Below the pieces are notes generated by a model. It made no database searches. It saw nothing but the letters and a program-made list of their open reading frames with translations, and was not told the DNA's origin. Shown piece after piece: positions 62,830 to 64,000 of a stretch of DNA of 64,000 nucleotides. Position 1 is the first letter of the stretch, and the number at the start of each line of letters is the position of its first letter. The position numbers were made by a program, and so were the translations under genes. This DNA comes from the human T2T-CHM13v2.0 reference genome, Homo sapiens, in assembly GCF_009914755.1 (NCBI RefSeq), contig NC_060928.1; one strand, 5' to 3'.

Positions 62830-64000
62830 TTATTCCAGAACCATCTAGTATTTTCTATTATTTCTTTCTTGCACAAATTTCTATTTTTCTTTAACTTAAT
62901 AATTGCTTATTAATATGTTTGGTCTCTTGGATGGATCCTAATTACCTAGTCTCTTCTGCTTTCCATCTTGCATGTTTTTCTTCTTTTTCTATTCTTAATT
63001 TCAACTTGTAATACTTTTACTGAATTTGTTGTTTTGGCTATACCAGATATTAATTCCTAGAGTTATTTCTTATTCTGTCAATGTTTTTCTTTATCATCTC
63101 TTATTGCCTTATCATGTACTATCTTCTCTCATCTCTTGGACAATAATATTGGTAGTTTTTCTTTTATGCTTAATTCTGCTGCCTGTATTGTTTCCATATT
63201 CCTGAATTCCTTTTTCTGTTTGCTATTTTAGTCTCTGGCTTTCATGTTAGTGGCTTTTCTCACATGTCCTCAGATCCTTGTCTGTCTGTGTATATTGTCT
63301 AAATAACTGAAAAACTGATTGGACACTCTGGGGCATGGCGGAGCCTATTGTATGGTAGTTAGTGATTTAGAAATTTGCTATTTTGTTAGGGCTTTCTGAA
63401 TGGCCAGTGGAGGCCTTTCTTCTAGGATAATTAAATTTCTCCAGAAGGTAATCATCCAATCACCCGCCTAGTTTCCAGTGTTCTGGGAGCCAAGGGAGAA
63501 GGTCAAAAGTCACTGAGAAGATTTTCCCAGCAGGTCTCCTTGGTTTCCTTACAGAACCTTGCCCCCACTTGCTCAGGGTCTGGATCCAGAGCCTCTCTAC
63601 TTCAGTCCCTCCAGAGAGTAATTATTCGTGTCTTCTGGCTCCTGGAGATGAGAATTGAGTGTCTATAATGGATCTTCAGGAGGTAATCTGGGGTTCTCAT
63701 GGCTCCTTGTACAGACTTTCAACTAACACTTGTGTTTTCAACCTCTTTATGCACTCTCTTCTCCAGAGGCTTTCAATTGTTCTGTGGATAGACTGGTTGC
63801 CTCCTCTCTGGGCTCGGCTTTTATCTTCTGCTTTGCCAAGTCATTCCCATTTAACCATCAGCTTCTTAGCTTTTGGGGCTTTGTTAGCCTCTCTCATTTG
63901 TTTTTCTTTCTTGTGAATTTATTCCTTTCTTGTGAATTTTAATGAAACTATACCTTTTTTATATTATATTCATTTTACTAGCAGTTGAAGAGGTTGCTGA
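62830..64000 (-). mobile_element. Old L1M 5'-region fragment (minus)
   Basis: T-rich strand with L1ME 5'/ORF1-like relics (tctttcatgttagtggctttt, cctcagatccttgtctgtctg-type). Confidence 0.4.

Overview
AT-rich, repeat-dense primate genomic DNA, intronic or intergenic. A full-length L1PA2 implies a human or African-ape origin. No recognisable host protein-coding gene, RNA gene, CRISPR array or prokaryote-type system is present; every long ORF in the track is LINE-1 derived or low complexity. Main elements: a full-length but inactivated L1PA2 (36.7-42.8 kb) with a ~440-bp 3' transduction, a twin-primed (5'-inverted) L1PA7-like element (25.5-30.4 kb), about 13 Alus, solo LTRs (LTR18, MLT2A1, MST, MLT1), a MADE1 MITE, and many old L1M/L2/MIR fragments. 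Most notable: the 3' transduction carries an exon-like cassette; a perfect 60-bp templated insertion was copied from 1.69 kb upstream; several fold-back/templated-insertion scars occur; a few candidate splice exons and an unclassified, possibly Penelope-like relic are present. I cannot support a claim of a new biological system. Repeat subfamily names come from remembered consensus features and need RepeatMasker/Dfam confirmation.
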